This document shows, piece by piece, positions 9,727 through 19,837 of a DNA stretch of 64,000 nucleotides. The DNA is taken from assembly GCA_033851265.1 (NCBI GenBank), contig JAWWOW010000025.1, positions 79,386 through 143,385 on the forward strand, given 5' to 3'. The notes below the pieces were generated by a model. The model saw nothing but the letters and a program-made list of their open reading frames with translations. It searched no databases and had not been told where the DNA came from. The translations under genes were made by a program, and so were the position numbers. Origin of the DNA: Frankiales bacterium (GTDB taxonomy: Bacteria; Actinomycetota; Actinomycetes; JAWWOW01). Positions within the stretch are counted from its first letter, which is position 1; every line of letters begins with the position of its first letter.

Positions 9727-10523
9727 GCGCGCGGCGCGCCGAACCCCGTCGTCCGGCGCCGCATCCCTCGGGCGCCAAGCCGCCGCGGATCCCACGCGAC
9801 GAAGTCCCCAAGCACGTGGCCATCGTCATGGACGGCAACGGTCGATGGGCGAAGGCCCGCGGCTGGCCACGCACGAAAGGCCACGAGGCGGGCGAGGCGT
9901 CGCTGCTCGATGTCGTCGAAGGCGCCATCGAGATCGGCGTGGAGTGGATCTCGGCGTACGCCTTCTCGACGGAGAACTGGCGGCGTTCGTCGGATGAAGT
10001 GCGTTTCCTCATGGGCTTCAACCGCGACGTCATCCGTCGCCGGCGCGACTACATGCACGAGCTCGGCGTGCGGGTGCGTTGGGCCGGCCGCCGACCCAAG
10101 CTGTGGAAGAGCGTCATCGACGAGCTGGAGTACGCCGAGCAGCTGACCAAGGACAACCGCACACTGACGCTGACGATGTGCGTCAACTATGGGGGGCGGG
10201 CCGAGATCGCGGACGCCGCGGCTGCGCTGGCACGCGACGCGGTGGCAGGCCGGGTCAACCTGGACAAGGTCACACCCAAGGTCTTCGCGCGTTACCTCGA
10301 CGAGCCGGACATGCCAGACGTTGACCTGTTCATCAGGTCGTCGGGCGAGCAACGCACGTCGAACTTCTTGCCGTGGCAGTCGGCGTACGCCGAGATGGTC
10401 TTCCTCGACACGCTCTGGCCGGACTTCGACCGGCGCGACTTGTGGCGCGCCATTCAGTTGTACGTCGACCGCGACCGGCGGTACGGCGGCGCGAAGCCGA
10501 ACCCCGGGTCGGCGAAGTCTTAG
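9723..10523 (+). CDS. uppS: Isoprenyl transferase (undecaprenyl/decaprenyl diphosphate synthase, cis-prenyltransferase)
   Basis: [13 protein letters not shown]...[13 protein letters not shown]...[20 protein letters not shown] are the canonical UppS motifs. The start overlaps the recO stop, and recO-uppS is the conserved order. Confidence 0.9.
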   Translation: MSARRAEPRRPAPHPSGAKPPRIPRDEVPKHVAIVMDGNGRWAKARGWPRTKGHEAGEASLLDVVEGAIEIGVEWISAYAFSTENWRRSSDEVRFLMGFNRDVIRRRRDYMHELGVRVRWAGRRPKLWKSVIDELEYAEQLTKDNRTLTLTMCVNYGGRAEIADAAAALARDAVAGRVNLDKVTPKVFARYLDEPDMPDVDLFIRSSGEQRTSNFLPWQSAYAEMVFLDTLWPDFDRRDLWRAIQLYVDRDRRYGGAKPNPGSAKS

Positions 10524-11914
10524 CTGACTTTGAAGGTCTGCAACATGTCGTTGAAGTCGTGCCGTGCCTTTGAGCTGCCGCCGGTGCCGAGGACGATGAC
10601 ATAGAGCCGGGTGGGTGAGGGCAGCCAGACCAACTCACCTTGGTGGCCGTCGACCGTCAGCTGCATGGTGACGATGTCACCAGCCGGGATGTGCTGTTCC
10701 TCGGGAGCGGAGTGACCGAAGTTGGCGTCGCTCGGGAGCGCGTTGTCGAAGTCACCGGCGACGATGCGCCGGACCAACGTGTTTGTGGTGGTGGCACCAC
10801 CGGGGTTCGGCAACGACATCACGAGCAACGTGGCATGGGACGGGCCTTGCAACGCAGCAAATCCGGTGCCCTCCGGCACGCTGTCACTTGCCTCGTGCCA
10901 TCCGCTTGGCGCTTTGAAGGTCAGTCCGTTCATCGTGACGGAATGACCCGGTGTCAACGCAAGGAAGGTTGCGATGACGGTGAGTACGCCGTTGAACGAC
11001 GCATGCGCCGCCATTGAGCAGACGAGACCGCGCTTCCAGTAGAGCAAACCAAAGAGTGCGCCCATCAATGCGTAGTAGCGCAACGCGGACGGGTTGAGAT
11101 GCCAGGCGGAGAAGGCCAGCGCCGACACCCAGATAGCGGTGGCCATCCCCTTCGGCCGCAATGACTCAGCAAGCAGGCCGCGGAAAAGCGTCTCCTCGAC
11201 CAGTGGCGCGGCGACCATAGTGATGAGAATCGTTGCCAGGATGTAGCCGGCGGCGCCCTCACTGACCAATAGCGTCGCGTTGGGGTCAGTGGCGAGATGA
11301 CCGCTGATCGCGCTGTTGATGCCAATGGCCAACAGGCCCAGGGTCAGACCAACACCGAGGCCAGTTGCGATTCCGAGCACCGGGTTTCCGTCGGACCAGT
11401 ACAACCGCACACCACCGGCGTGCAGCCGTTGCAAGACGATGACGGAGACGACCGCGTAGAACGCGATGGTCGCCACGATTGCGTAGCGCACGAATGCCTC
11501 GGCCTCGATCGTGCCGCGCTTCGTGACGGCGTACATGACTAGCTGCATGATCGCGCCGAGCACGATCGCGCCGGTCACGGTGGCGCCGGTCGAGCCCCAC
11601 CCCCATGCACCGAGGTGTCCGGTGCGGGGCGGCTCGACAGGTGCCGTCGCGGGTGGTGCGGCAGGAGACCATGCCGGTTGGTGAGCGCCGGGTCGATGAA
11701 GCTGTTGGGGAATCGGTGCGGGGGCGCCCTGGCTATCCGGCGCGGGTGCGAGGCCCCAGCGGTTGGGCGCTACCGGTGTGTCGCCCTGCGCCGGGACGGA
11801 TGCACTCACAGCCACGCTCGCTGGCGGGGCCGCGGCGGTGAGGCGCTGGTAGCACTGGCCGCACCACTCGGCGGTCGCGGGCGCGCTGGCACCACACGAC
11901 GGGCAGGACGTCAC
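10520..11914 (-). CDS. CPBP family intramembrane metalloprotease (CAAX-protease-like) with an N-terminal zinc ribbon and a C-terminal extracytoplasmic domain
   Basis: The N-terminus is CPSCG...CGQCY (zinc ribbon), followed by a Pro-rich linker and several TM helices. The CPBP motifs EETLFRGLL and FSAWH are present. The stop overlaps the uppS end. Confidence 0.7.
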   Translation of the reverse strand: MTSCPSCGASAPATAEWCGQCYQRLTAAAPPASVAVSASVPAQGDTPVAPNRWGLAPAPDSQGAPAPIPQQLHRPGAHQPAWSPAAPPATAPVEPPRTGHLGAWGWGSTGATVTGAIVLGAIMQLVMYAVTKRGTIEAEAFVRYAIVATIAFYAVVSVIVLQRLHAGGVRLYWSDGNPVLGIATGLGVGLTLGLLAIGINSAISGHLATDPNATLLVSEGAAGYILATILITMVAAPLVEETLFRGLLAESLRPKGMATAIWVSALAFSAWHLNPSALRYYALMGALFGLLYWKRGLVCSMAAHASFNGVLTVIATFLALTPGHSVTMNGLTFKAPSGWHEASDSVPEGTGFAALQGPSHATLLVMSLPNPGGATTTNTLVRRIVAGDFDNALPSDANFGHSAPEEQHIPAGDIVTMQLTVDGHQGELVWLPSPTRLYVIVLGTGGSSKARHDFNDMLQTFKVS

Positions 11915-11984
11915 GCGGCTGTATCGACGCGGAAGGCAAGGTCCCTGAGCGGCAACCGGCTCAAATTGGACAACGCGCTGCGAG

Positions 11985-12383
11985 TCACTTCCCGAACGTG
12001 ATCACGCCTGCGGCGATGACGATTCCCACAGCAACGATCCGGAGCACGCGGGCCGGCGGGGTGAGCGCAGGCCAGGAGAAATAGGCCAGCCAGGCTAGAA
12101 ACGCGGCGACCACGAACCACGCCACGCCGCCGGCGGGTCCGGAGATGAAGATGGCGACGAGGGCCAGCGCGAGCATCACGACGAAGGGCAAGAACCGCGG
12201 CAGGCGCGTCAGATACGCCAGATGGACGGCGCTTCGCCGCTCGACCTTGGCGCGGGCTGATCCCGGCCGCGGCGGCGGCGGCGTCCGTGTCCCAGGAGCA
12301 CGACCGGCCGCCCGACCCTGCGGACCGGCTGGGGGGCGGCCACCGCGCTTGCTTCCCGACGGACGTCGGCGAGCAGGTGGCAC
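11985..12383 (-). CDS. Small membrane protein (basic N-terminus, ~3 TM helices); start uncertain
   Basis: The hydrophobic C-terminal half (FLPFVVMLALALVAIFISGPAGGVAWFVVAAFLAWLAYF...) argues for a real gene. The overlapping ORF 11911..12441 is Arg-rich junk. Confidence 0.4.
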   Translation of the reverse strand: MPPARRRPSGSKRGGRPPAGPQGRAAGRAPGTRTPPPPRPGSARAKVERRSAVHLAYLTRLPRFLPFVVMLALALVAIFISGPAGGVAWFVVAAFLAWLAYFSWPALTPPARVLRIVAVGIVIAAGVITFGK

Positions 12384-12467
12384 CAGGTGACTCCTCGGTC
12401 CAGGTGAGCGGTCGGCTCGATCTGACTACGGTGATATCCATTCATCTTCGCCTACCCCGGAGCAACG

Positions 12468-12827
12468 ATGCTCGTCGCACTCCGCTTCACTGTCGTCGAG
12501 GGTGACGAAGCAACATTTCGTCGCCGTGCCGAGACAGCGATGACCGCGCTGTCTGCCCGGCCTGGGTTTCGACGAGGTGGATTGTCGCGCGCGATCGACG
12601 ATGTCGGCGCGTGGTTGTTGCTCACCGAGTGGGACAGCGTCGGCTCGTGGCGACGCGCGTTGTCGTCGTACGACGTCAAGATGTCGGCCGTGCCGCTGCT
12701 CAGCCAGGCTGTCGATGAACCGTCGGCCTACGAAACGCTCGTCGTTGACGACGGCGGTGGCGCCGGTTTGCACGTCATCGCGAGTGACCGCGCAGCAGAC
12801 GCTGACACGACAGGCCCGCTACGCTGA
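12468..12827 (+). CDS. ABM-domain (antibiotic biosynthesis monooxygenase / Dabb-like) protein
   Basis: MLVALRFTVVEGDEATFRRRAETAMTALSARPGF...AWLLLTEWDSVGSWRRALSSYDV is an ABM fold pattern, followed by an acidic tail. Confidence 0.5.
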   Translation: MLVALRFTVVEGDEATFRRRAETAMTALSARPGFRRGGLSRAIDDVGAWLLLTEWDSVGSWRRALSSYDVKMSAVPLLSQAVDEPSAYETLVVDDGGGAGLHVIASDRAADADTTGPLR

Positions 12828-12878
12828 ATCAAACCGCAGCACATGATCCGCCGACCGCCAGCCGGATGGAGAGCCGAA

Positions 12879-14249
12879 ATGGCAGGCAAGTCGCCCGACC
12901 GCATGGACACCATCGTCAATCTGAGCAAACGGCGCGGTTTCGTCTTTCCGAGTAGCGAGATCTATGGCGGCTTGCGGGCGTCGTGGGACTACGGGCCGCT
13001 GGGCGTCGAGCTGAAGAACAACGTCAAGCGGCAATGGTGGAAATCCGTTGTCCAAGGCCGTGATGACGTGGTCGGCCTGGACTCGAGCGTGATCCTCGCG
13101 CGTGAGGTCTGGGAGACGTCAGGGCACGTGACGGCGTTCGTCGATCCACTGACCGAGTGCCAGAACTGCCACAAGCGCTATCGCGCCGACCACTTGTCCG
13201 AGGAGCGAAACGGCAAGCCACTTGCAGACATTGCTTGCCCCTCCTGCGGGACGAAGGGCGCATGGACTGAGCCTCGGATGTTCAACGGATTGCTGCGCAC
13301 CTACATCGGACCGGTCGAGGATGAGAGCGGGCTCGCCTATCTGCGGCCCGAGACGGCGCAGGGCATCTTCATCAACTTCCTGAACGTCCAGCAGTCGTCA
13401 CGTAAGAAGATCCCGTTCGGCATCGGCCAGATCGGCAAGTCGTTCCGCAACGAGATCACACCCGGCAACTTCATCTTCCGCACCCGTGAGTTCGAGCAGA
13501 TGGAGATGGAGTTCTTCGTCGAGCCGGGCACCGACGAGGAATGGCACCAGTTCTGGATCGACGAGCGCACCCGTTGGTTCGTCGACCTGGGGGTTCGCCC
13601 GGAGAACCTCAGGCACTACGAGCACCCGGCCGAGAAGCTCTCGCATTACTCGAAGCGAACCGTCGACATCGAGTACAAGTTCGACTTCGCCGGTACCGAG
13701 TGGGGCGAGCTCGAAGGCATCGCCAACCGCACCGACTACGACCTAACGGTGCACTCCAAGGCGTCCGGGGTCGACCTTTCCTACTTCGACCAAGAGCGCA
13801 ACGAGCGCTATGTCCCCTACGTCGTCGAGCCCGCTCTGGGCGTTGACCGCGCGACGCTGGTGTTCATGCTTGATGCGTACGCCGAGGACGAGGCACCCAA
13901 CACCAAGGGTGGTGTCGACAAGCGGGTGGTGATGCGGCTCGACCCGCGGCTTGCACCGGTCAAGGCGGCGGTGCTACCGCTGTCGCGCGGCGAGCGCTTG
14001 TCACCGGTGGCCCGTGACCTAGCCACCGAGCTGCGTCGGCAGTGGACCGTCGAATTCGACGACGCGGGTGCGATCGGCCGGCGGTATCGCCGTCAGGACG
14101 AGATCGGTACGCCGTACTGCATCACGGTCGACTTCGAGTCGCTGGACGACCAAGCCGTGACGGTCCGCGAGCGTGACTCCATGACCCAGGAGCGCGTGGC
14201 GCTGGCGCAGATCACGCCCTATCTCAACGAGCGTCTCCCCGCCTGCTGA
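12879..14249 (+). CDS. glyQS: Glycine--tRNA ligase (dimeric class II GlyRS)
   Basis: [54 protein letters not shown]... is a highly conserved GlyQS N-terminus; the full length is ~456 aa. Confidence 0.9.
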   Translation: MAGKSPDRMDTIVNLSKRRGFVFPSSEIYGGLRASWDYGPLGVELKNNVKRQWWKSVVQGRDDVVGLDSSVILAREVWETSGHVTAFVDPLTECQNCHKRYRADHLSEERNGKPLADIACPSCGTKGAWTEPRMFNGLLRTYIGPVEDESGLAYLRPETAQGIFINFLNVQQSSRKKIPFGIGQIGKSFRNEITPGNFIFRTREFEQMEMEFFVEPGTDEEWHQFWIDERTRWFVDLGVRPENLRHYEHPAEKLSHYSKRTVDIEYKFDFAGTEWGELEGIANRTDYDLTVHSKASGVDLSYFDQERNERYVPYVVEPALGVDRATLVFMLDAYAEDEAPNTKGGVDKRVVMRLDPRLAPVKAAVLPLSRGERLSPVARDLATELRRQWTVEFDDAGAIGRRYRRQDEIGTPYCITVDFESLDDQAVTVRERDSMTQERVALAQITPYLNERLPAC

Positions 14250-14273
14250 TCGCTGCGCCCTCGCGCCAGCGAT
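14249..14273 (+). terminator. Imperfect GC-rich hairpin overlapping the glyQS stop (possible intrinsic terminator; no T-tract)
   Basis: atcgctgcgccctcgcgccagcgat forms a ~10 bp stem with one bulge. Confidence 0.3.
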
Positions 14274-14377
14274 AGAGCAGTGTGGCTCGGGGGTGGGTTC
14301 ACCTCCGTGGCTACAGACGGTCACGCTGGGTATTCTGGGCGAGACGGACATTTCACTTCTGAGCGTGAAGGCGGGGC

Positions 14378-15253
14378 ATGCGAAGAGTCGTCGCAATCCT
14401 GTTGGCTGCTGCCTTTGGCGGTGCCGCCGTGCTCGCTGCCCCATCAGCCGGGGCGGCTGACCCGGTCACGTTCACGACGATCGAGAAGCTCTATGGACCG
14501 AAGCCGGATCTGCAGAAGCTGACCGTCTACGTTCCAGACGCGCCAGGTGACAAGAAGCCAGCGATCCTTTTCGTGCACGGTGGCTGCTGGTCGCGCGGTT
14601 ACCTCAACAGCGCTGAGACCGCACTCGCCCAGGAGCTGGTCAAGCGCACGGGATACGTCGTCGCCACGATGACCTATCGCCAGGCCAACCCGAAGTACGC
14701 GTATCAGCCCGCCGATGTCGTGAGCGCGCTGAAGGCCTTGCAGAGCTCGCCGGAGCTGAAGGTCGACAGCACACGCACGGCACTCTGGGGCGAGTCCGCC
14801 GGCGCGCAGCTCTCGTTGCTCACGGCTTACCGAAGCACCGGCAAACCGGGATATGGCCGCCCCGCCGCAGTGGTGTCCATCAGCGGCGTGGCCAACATGC
14901 TGTCCGCCTACGCCAGCGCGCTCGCCACGTGCGTGGCGGACTTCGAGGGTGGCCCACCATCGACGCTGGTCCGCGTGAAGCGTTACCAGGAGACGTCAGC
15001 CACTAAGTACGTCGATGGCGCCGATCCCGCGACCTTCCTCGCCCATGCGGTCGGCGACGTCTCTGCGCCGTACTCGCAGAGCGCCAACCTGGCCCAGATG
15101 CTCAACGCAAAGGGTGTACCGAACACGTTCGTCTCGGTCGCCAATAACCACCATGCGACGCCACTGGAGTATGACGTTCCGACGGGCATGAGCGACCGTG
15201 TCTACGTGCTTGCGCTCCACTTCCTCATCGCCCGGTTCGCTCAGCCCGCTTAG
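14378..15253 (+). CDS. Secreted alpha/beta hydrolase (esterase/lipase-like)
   Basis: Signal peptide MRRVVAILLAAAFGGAAVLAAPSAGAA, an oxyanion-hole region HGGCW, and the nucleophile elbow GESAGA (GxSxG). Confidence 0.7.
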   Translation: MRRVVAILLAAAFGGAAVLAAPSAGAADPVTFTTIEKLYGPKPDLQKLTVYVPDAPGDKKPAILFVHGGCWSRGYLNSAETALAQELVKRTGYVVATMTYRQANPKYAYQPADVVSALKALQSSPELKVDSTRTALWGESAGAQLSLLTAYRSTGKPGYGRPAAVVSISGVANMLSAYASALATCVADFEGGPPSTLVRVKRYQETSATKYVDGADPATFLAHAVGDVSAPYSQSANLAQMLNAKGVPNTFVSVANNHHATPLEYDVPTGMSDRVYVLALHFLIARFAQPA

Positions 15254-15310
15254 CAATCCGCTGCGCAGGTAGCCTTCGGGGTGATCTCGTCCGCGAAGGA
15301 GCCCCCCGTC

Positions 15311-17998
15311 ATGCCCAAGCTCGTTTATGACTTCAATGAAGGCAGCAGGGACATGAAGGACCTGCTGGGCGGCAAGGGCGCAAACCTCGCCGAGATGACA
15401 AACCTCGGCCTGCCGGTCCCGCCCGGCTTCGTCATCACCACCGAGGCCTGCAAGGTCTACCTCGAGCAGGGGCAGGAGCCACCAGAGCTCGCTGCCGAGG
15501 TGAGCGAACACCTCGAGGCCCTCGAGCAAAGCATGGGCAAGACCCTTGGGCAGGCCGACGACCCGCTGCTCGTCTCGGTCCGGTCCGGCGCCAAGTTCTC
15601 CATGCCCGGGATGATGGACACCGTCCTCAACATCGGTCTCAACGACGAGTCCGTGCAGGGCCTCGCCAAGCAGTCCGGCACCGACCGCTTCGCCTGGGAC
15701 TCCTACCGCCGCCTCATCCAGATGTTCGGTAAGACCGTGCTCGGTGTTTCGCCCGAGCATTTCGACGACGTCTTTGACGCGGCGAAGGAAGCCAAGGGCA
15801 CCAAGGACGACCTCGACCTCGACGACGCCGATCTCCGCGAGATCGTGGAGAAGTACAAGGGCGTGATCCGCACCCACGCCGGTCGTGACTTCCCCCAGAA
15901 TCCACGCGAGCAGCTCGACCTCGCGGTCAAGGCCGTCTTCGACTCGTGGAACTCCGACCGCGCCAAGCTCTACCGTCGCCAGGAGCGCATCCCCGCCGAC
16001 CTCGGCACCGCCGTCAACGTGTGCTCGATGGTCTTTGGCAACCTCGGCATGGACTCCGGCACGGGCGTCGCGTTCACGCGCGACCCCGGCTCCGGTGACA
16101 AGGGTGTCTACGGCGACTACCTGCAGAACGCCCAGGGCGAGGACGTCGTCGCGGGGATCCGCAATACGGTCCCGCTCGCTGATCTCGAGAACATCGACAA
16201 GCCGGCGTACGACGAGCTTATGGCAATCATGTCGAAGCTCGAGCAGCACTACCGCGACATCTGTGACATCGAGTTTACGATCGAGCGCCACAAGCTGTGG
16301 ATGCTGCAGACCCGCGTCGGCAAGCGCACGGCGGGTGCCGCGTTCAAGATTGCGCTGCAGTTCGTGGACGAAGGCCTCATCGACATGAACGAGGCGCTGT
16401 CGCGGGTGACCGGCGCGCAACTGGCGATGCTGATGTTCCCGCGGTTCGACGACGCGGCTGACAAGAAGCAGATTGCCAAGGGCATCAGCGCGTCACCGGG
16501 CGCAGCGGTTGGCAAGGTCGTTTTCGACTCGGTGCGTGCAGCGGAGGAGGCGGACAAGGGCGAGGACGTCATCTTGGTGCGCCGGGAGACGAACCCCGAC
16601 GATCTGCCGGGCATGATCGCGGCGCAGGGGATCCTCACGAGTCGCGGTGGCAAGACCAGTCACGCGGCCGTCGTCGCGCGTGGGATGGGCAAGACGTGTG
16701 TGTCCGGTGCCGACGACCTAGAGATCGATGTAAAGGCGCTGAAGTTCGAAGCGCCGGGTGGCGTCGTCGTCAAGGAAGGCGATGTCATCTCTATCGACGG
16801 CACGAGCGGCGCGGTCTACCTCGGCGAGGTGCCTGTCGTCCCCAGCCCCGTCGTGGAGTACTTCGAGGGCAATCTCAAGGCGGACGCCGATGCGCTCGTC
16901 GCGGCCGTCGACCGGCTGATCCGACATGCTGACGGGCTGCGTCGGCTCGGCGTACGCGCCAACTCCGACACTCCTGAGGACTCCGAGCGGGCCCGTCGCT
17001 TCGGCGCAGAAGGTATTGGGCTGTGTCGCACCGAGCACATGTTCCTCGGCGACCGTCGCAAGAACGTCGAGCGCCTGATCCTCGCCGACGATCCGGCGGA
17101 GCAGGACGCCGCGTTGCAGGAGTTGTTACCACTGCAGCGGGAGGATTTCGTCGGGATCTTCAGCGCGATGGACGGGCTGCCCGTGACGATCCGCTTGCTG
17201 GACCCGCCGCTGCATGAGTTCCTGCCCGACATGACAGAGCTCTCCATCAAGGTCGCCCTTGCTGAGCGCGACGGCAAGGTCGACGACAAGGACGTGCAGC
17301 TACTCGCCGCCGTGCGCCGGTTGCACGAGCAGAATCCGATGCTCGGCTTGCGCGGTGTTCGTCTCGGTCTCGTGATCCCTGGCTTGTACGCGCTTCAGGT
17401 GCGCGCGATCGCGGAGGCGGCCGCGCAGTGCAAGAAGGACGGCAAGAACCCGAAACCCGAGATCATGATCCCGCTCGTCGGCGCGGTGCAGGAGCTCGAG
17501 GTCATCAAGGAAGAAGCCGAGCGGGTGTTGGCTGATGTCGCGAAGGAGAGTGGCGTCGCAGTCGACTACCTCATCGGCACGATGATCGAAGTGCCGCGGG
17601 CAGCGCTGACCGCGGGGCAGATCGCGGAGGCCGCGGAATTCTTCTCCTTCGGCACCAACGACCTGACACAGATGGGTTGGGGGTTTTCGCGCGACGACGT
17701 CGAGGGCGCGTTCTTCGGCGACTACATCGACCTCGGCATCTTCGGGGTTTCGCCGTTCGAGACCTTGGACGCCGAAGGCATCGGACGGCTGGTGCAGATT
17801 GCCACCGACGAAGGCCGGGCGGCCCGGCCCGGACTCAAGGTCGGGGTCTGCGGAGAGCACGGCGGTGACCCCGAGTCGGTCCACTTCTTCCACGCGGTGG
17901 GGCTCGACTATGTGTCCTGTTCGCCGTTCCGCGTGCCGGTTGCCCGGCTGGAGGCGGGCCGAGCCGCGAACGAGAGTGAGGGCAGTGACAGCAGGTGA
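15311..17998 (+). CDS. ppdK: Pyruvate, phosphate dikinase
   Basis: MPKLVYDFNEGSRDMKDLLGGKGANLAEMTNLGLPVPPGFVITTEAC...; the catalytic His region GGKTSHAAVVARGMG; the C-terminal PEP-utilising TIM barrel; ~895 aa. Confidence 0.9.
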   Translation: MPKLVYDFNEGSRDMKDLLGGKGANLAEMTNLGLPVPPGFVITTEACKVYLEQGQEPPELAAEVSEHLEALEQSMGKTLGQADDPLLVSVRSGAKFSMPGMMDTVLNIGLNDESVQGLAKQSGTDRFAWDSYRRLIQMFGKTVLGVSPEHFDDVFDAAKEAKGTKDDLDLDDADLREIVEKYKGVIRTHAGRDFPQNPREQLDLAVKAVFDSWNSDRAKLYRRQERIPADLGTAVNVCSMVFGNLGMDSGTGVAFTRDPGSGDKGVYGDYLQNAQGEDVVAGIRNTVPLADLENIDKPAYDELMAIMSKLEQHYRDICDIEFTIERHKLWMLQTRVGKRTAGAAFKIALQFVDEGLIDMNEALSRVTGAQLAMLMFPRFDDAADKKQIAKGISASPGAAVGKVVFDSVRAAEEADKGEDVILVRRETNPDDLPGMIAAQGILTSRGGKTSHAAVVARGMGKTCVSGADDLEIDVKALKFEAPGGVVVKEGDVISIDGTSGAVYLGEVPVVPSPVVEYFEGNLKADADALVAAVDRLIRHADGLRRLGVRANSDTPEDSERARRFGAEGIGLCRTEHMFLGDRRKNVERLILADDPAEQDAALQELLPLQREDFVGIFSAMDGLPVTIRLLDPPLHEFLPDMTELSIKVALAERDGKVDDKDVQLLAAVRRLHEQNPMLGLRGVRLGLVIPGLYALQVRAIAEAAAQCKKDGKNPKPEIMIPLVGAVQELEVIKEEAERVLADVAKESGVAVDYLIGTMIEVPRAALTAGQIAEAAEFFSFGTNDLTQMGWGFSRDDVEGAFFGDYIDLGIFGVSPFETLDAEGIGRLVQIATDEGRAARPGLKVGVCGEHGGDPESVHFFHAVGLDYVSCSPFRVPVARLEAGRAANESEGSDSR

Positions 17999-18130
17999 CC
18001 AGTTCACCTGACCGTAACGCGTAGGGGGCAGGTGTTCGGGGGCTAGACGGCGAAGGTCACAATGCAGCCAGGACCCATGGTCGCGCGCTCGGTCGCATCC
18101 CGGCCGCCCCCCCGTACGAGGAGATCCCTC

Positions 18131-19807
18131 ATGTCCCGCCGAAAGCTCGGACTCGCCGCGGCTGCTGTCGCCGCGATCAGCATCCCCTTCGCGCTGCTCG
18201 CACCGGGCGCCACCGCTGCGCCCGGCCTGGCGGGAGTCTCGCTGGCCGGCCCGGGTGACTCGACCCCGCCGTACGGCCCCTTCGGTTTCACCACCAAGGG
18301 ATTGGGCGCTACCGATAACTACGGCGAACCGTCGCTGTCGGTTGCACCCGACGGCGTGCACCTCGTGGCATCGACGCCGGGCTCGACTCCCGATGGCGGC
18401 GGTGTGCAGTACTGGCACACCGCGAACCGTGGCAAGACATGGAAGACGACCTTCTCGACGTCCCCGCAGGGTGGTGGTGACTCCGAGCTCGAGTACATGC
18501 CCGACGGGTCGATCATCTCGGCGGACCTCGAGGTCACGGACTCCTACATCCACCGCTCGACCGACCACGGCAAGACGTGGGCCGCAGTGGGGAAGGCAGG
18601 CGTCGAGCAGGACCGGCAGTGGTTCGCGCATTCACCCGACGGCAAGACCGCCTATCTCGTCTACCACGACTTCGTGCTCGAGGCGGAGATGTTCGCCCGC
18701 AGCAGCGACGGCGGCAAGACGTGGCCGGTGTCCGACGGAGCGAACCAGATCACGTCCGTCGACCAGATCACTGCACCAGGTATCGCCAAGACACAGCTGA
18801 ACGGCACGCCGGCGTCGCTGCTTGACCAGGGGGTCAACACGTTCAGCGGTCCGATGCTGGTCGACAACAACGGCAAGGATCTCTACGTCGTCTACTCCAT
18901 CTCCGACTTGCAGAGCAACATCGACCCGAACGCCGGCGTTCCGCCTTTCGGTGGGACCCGTGGCCTTGTAGTCATGCATTCCGACCAGGCGGGCGCTGCC
19001 GGTTCGTGGACCAGTCACTACGCAGTGACTGTGCCCAAGAACATTCAGGGTTCGCAGGAGTACCAAACCGCGACGCTGTTCCCCTGGGGGATGATCGACG
19101 CCAAGGGCACGGTCTACGTCGTGTTCAACTCGACGGTTGGCGCGCCGGATGACCACTTCCACCAGTACTACGTGTACTCCACGGACAAGGGCAAGACGTT
19201 CAGCAAGCCAGTAAAGCTCGACAAGCTGCCGCTCGGGACCGGCTCGGCGACCTTTGCGGCTGGCGCGGCTGGAGCGCCGGGCGTCATCGACGTGGCGTGG
19301 TACGAGAGCCCGACCGGTGTACCAAGCGATGACAACTCGACGTGGTACGTGCACTTCGCTCAGGTCGTCGGCGCTGACACACCCAAGCCGAAGGTGACCG
19401 AGCAGGCTGTCACGACGATCCCGAACCACACCGGCGGCCAGTGCTTGCAGGGCATCCTGTGCGGCATCGGGCCAGGCAGCTCGGACCGGAGCCTGCTCGA
19501 CTTCTTCGAAGTCGTCATCAACCCGAAGACGGGTATGGCGGGCATTGCGTACGCCGACAACCATCGGCTCGGCCTCGACGCACAGGAGAACAAGATCGGC
19601 GAGGTCGTGTACGCCGCGCAGACCACGGGTCGGAGTGCGCTCACACCGATCCCGGTTGAGCCGCCCGCCAAGCCGCCCGCCAAGCCTCCCGTCAACGCCG
19701 GTCCCAACCTCGCGGCCACGGGCATGGCGCCGATGATGACGATCACGGCGTTGCTGCTGCTCACGGTCGGCTTGTTGATCCGGCGTCGCGTACGCCGAAC
19801 CACCTGA
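18131..19807 (+). CDS. Secreted BNR/Asp-box repeat protein (sialidase/glycosyl-hydrolase-like beta-propeller) with a C-terminal LAATG sortase sorting signal
   Basis: Signal peptide MSRRKLGLAAAAVAAISIPFALLAPGATAAPG. Four Asp-boxes are present (TANRGKTW, STDHGKTW, SSDGGKTW, STDKGKTF). The C-terminus reads LAATG, then a hydrophobic stretch, then RRRVRR, which is a class E sortase-type anchor. Confidence 0.7.
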   Translation: MSRRKLGLAAAAVAAISIPFALLAPGATAAPGLAGVSLAGPGDSTPPYGPFGFTTKGLGATDNYGEPSLSVAPDGVHLVASTPGSTPDGGGVQYWHTANRGKTWKTTFSTSPQGGGDSELEYMPDGSIISADLEVTDSYIHRSTDHGKTWAAVGKAGVEQDRQWFAHSPDGKTAYLVYHDFVLEAEMFARSSDGGKTWPVSDGANQITSVDQITAPGIAKTQLNGTPASLLDQGVNTFSGPMLVDNNGKDLYVVYSISDLQSNIDPNAGVPPFGGTRGLVVMHSDQAGAAGSWTSHYAVTVPKNIQGSQEYQTATLFPWGMIDAKGTVYVVFNSTVGAPDDHFHQYYVYSTDKGKTFSKPVKLDKLPLGTGSATFAAGAAGAPGVIDVAWYESPTGVPSDDNSTWYVHFAQVVGADTPKPKVTEQAVTTIPNHTGGQCLQGILCGIGPGSSDRSLLDFFEVVINPKTGMAGIAYADNHRLGLDAQENKIGEVVYAAQTTGRSALTPIPVEPPAKPPAKPPVNAGPNLAATGMAPMMTITALLLLTVGLLIRRRVRRTT

Positions 19808-19837
19808 CCGGCGCTCTTGTCGGGCTAGCCTCGACGG

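Noticed and set aside
11911-12441. A 176-aa ORF overlapping the small membrane-protein gene in another frame
   Set aside because: Arg-rich with no hydrophobic core. The alternative frame (11985..12383) has clear TM helices.
14996-16420. A 474-aa ORF antisense to ppdK
   Set aside because: A shadow frame of a strongly conserved gene; no start context or motifs.
17300-18631. A 443-aa ORF antisense to the ppdK 3' end and the BNR gene
   Set aside because: It spans an intergenic region and two genes on the opposite strand, and its composition is Arg-rich junk.
18632-19564. A 310-aa ORF antisense to the BNR/sortase-signal gene
   Set aside because: A shadow ORF; the opposite strand has Asp-box repeats and a sorting signal.
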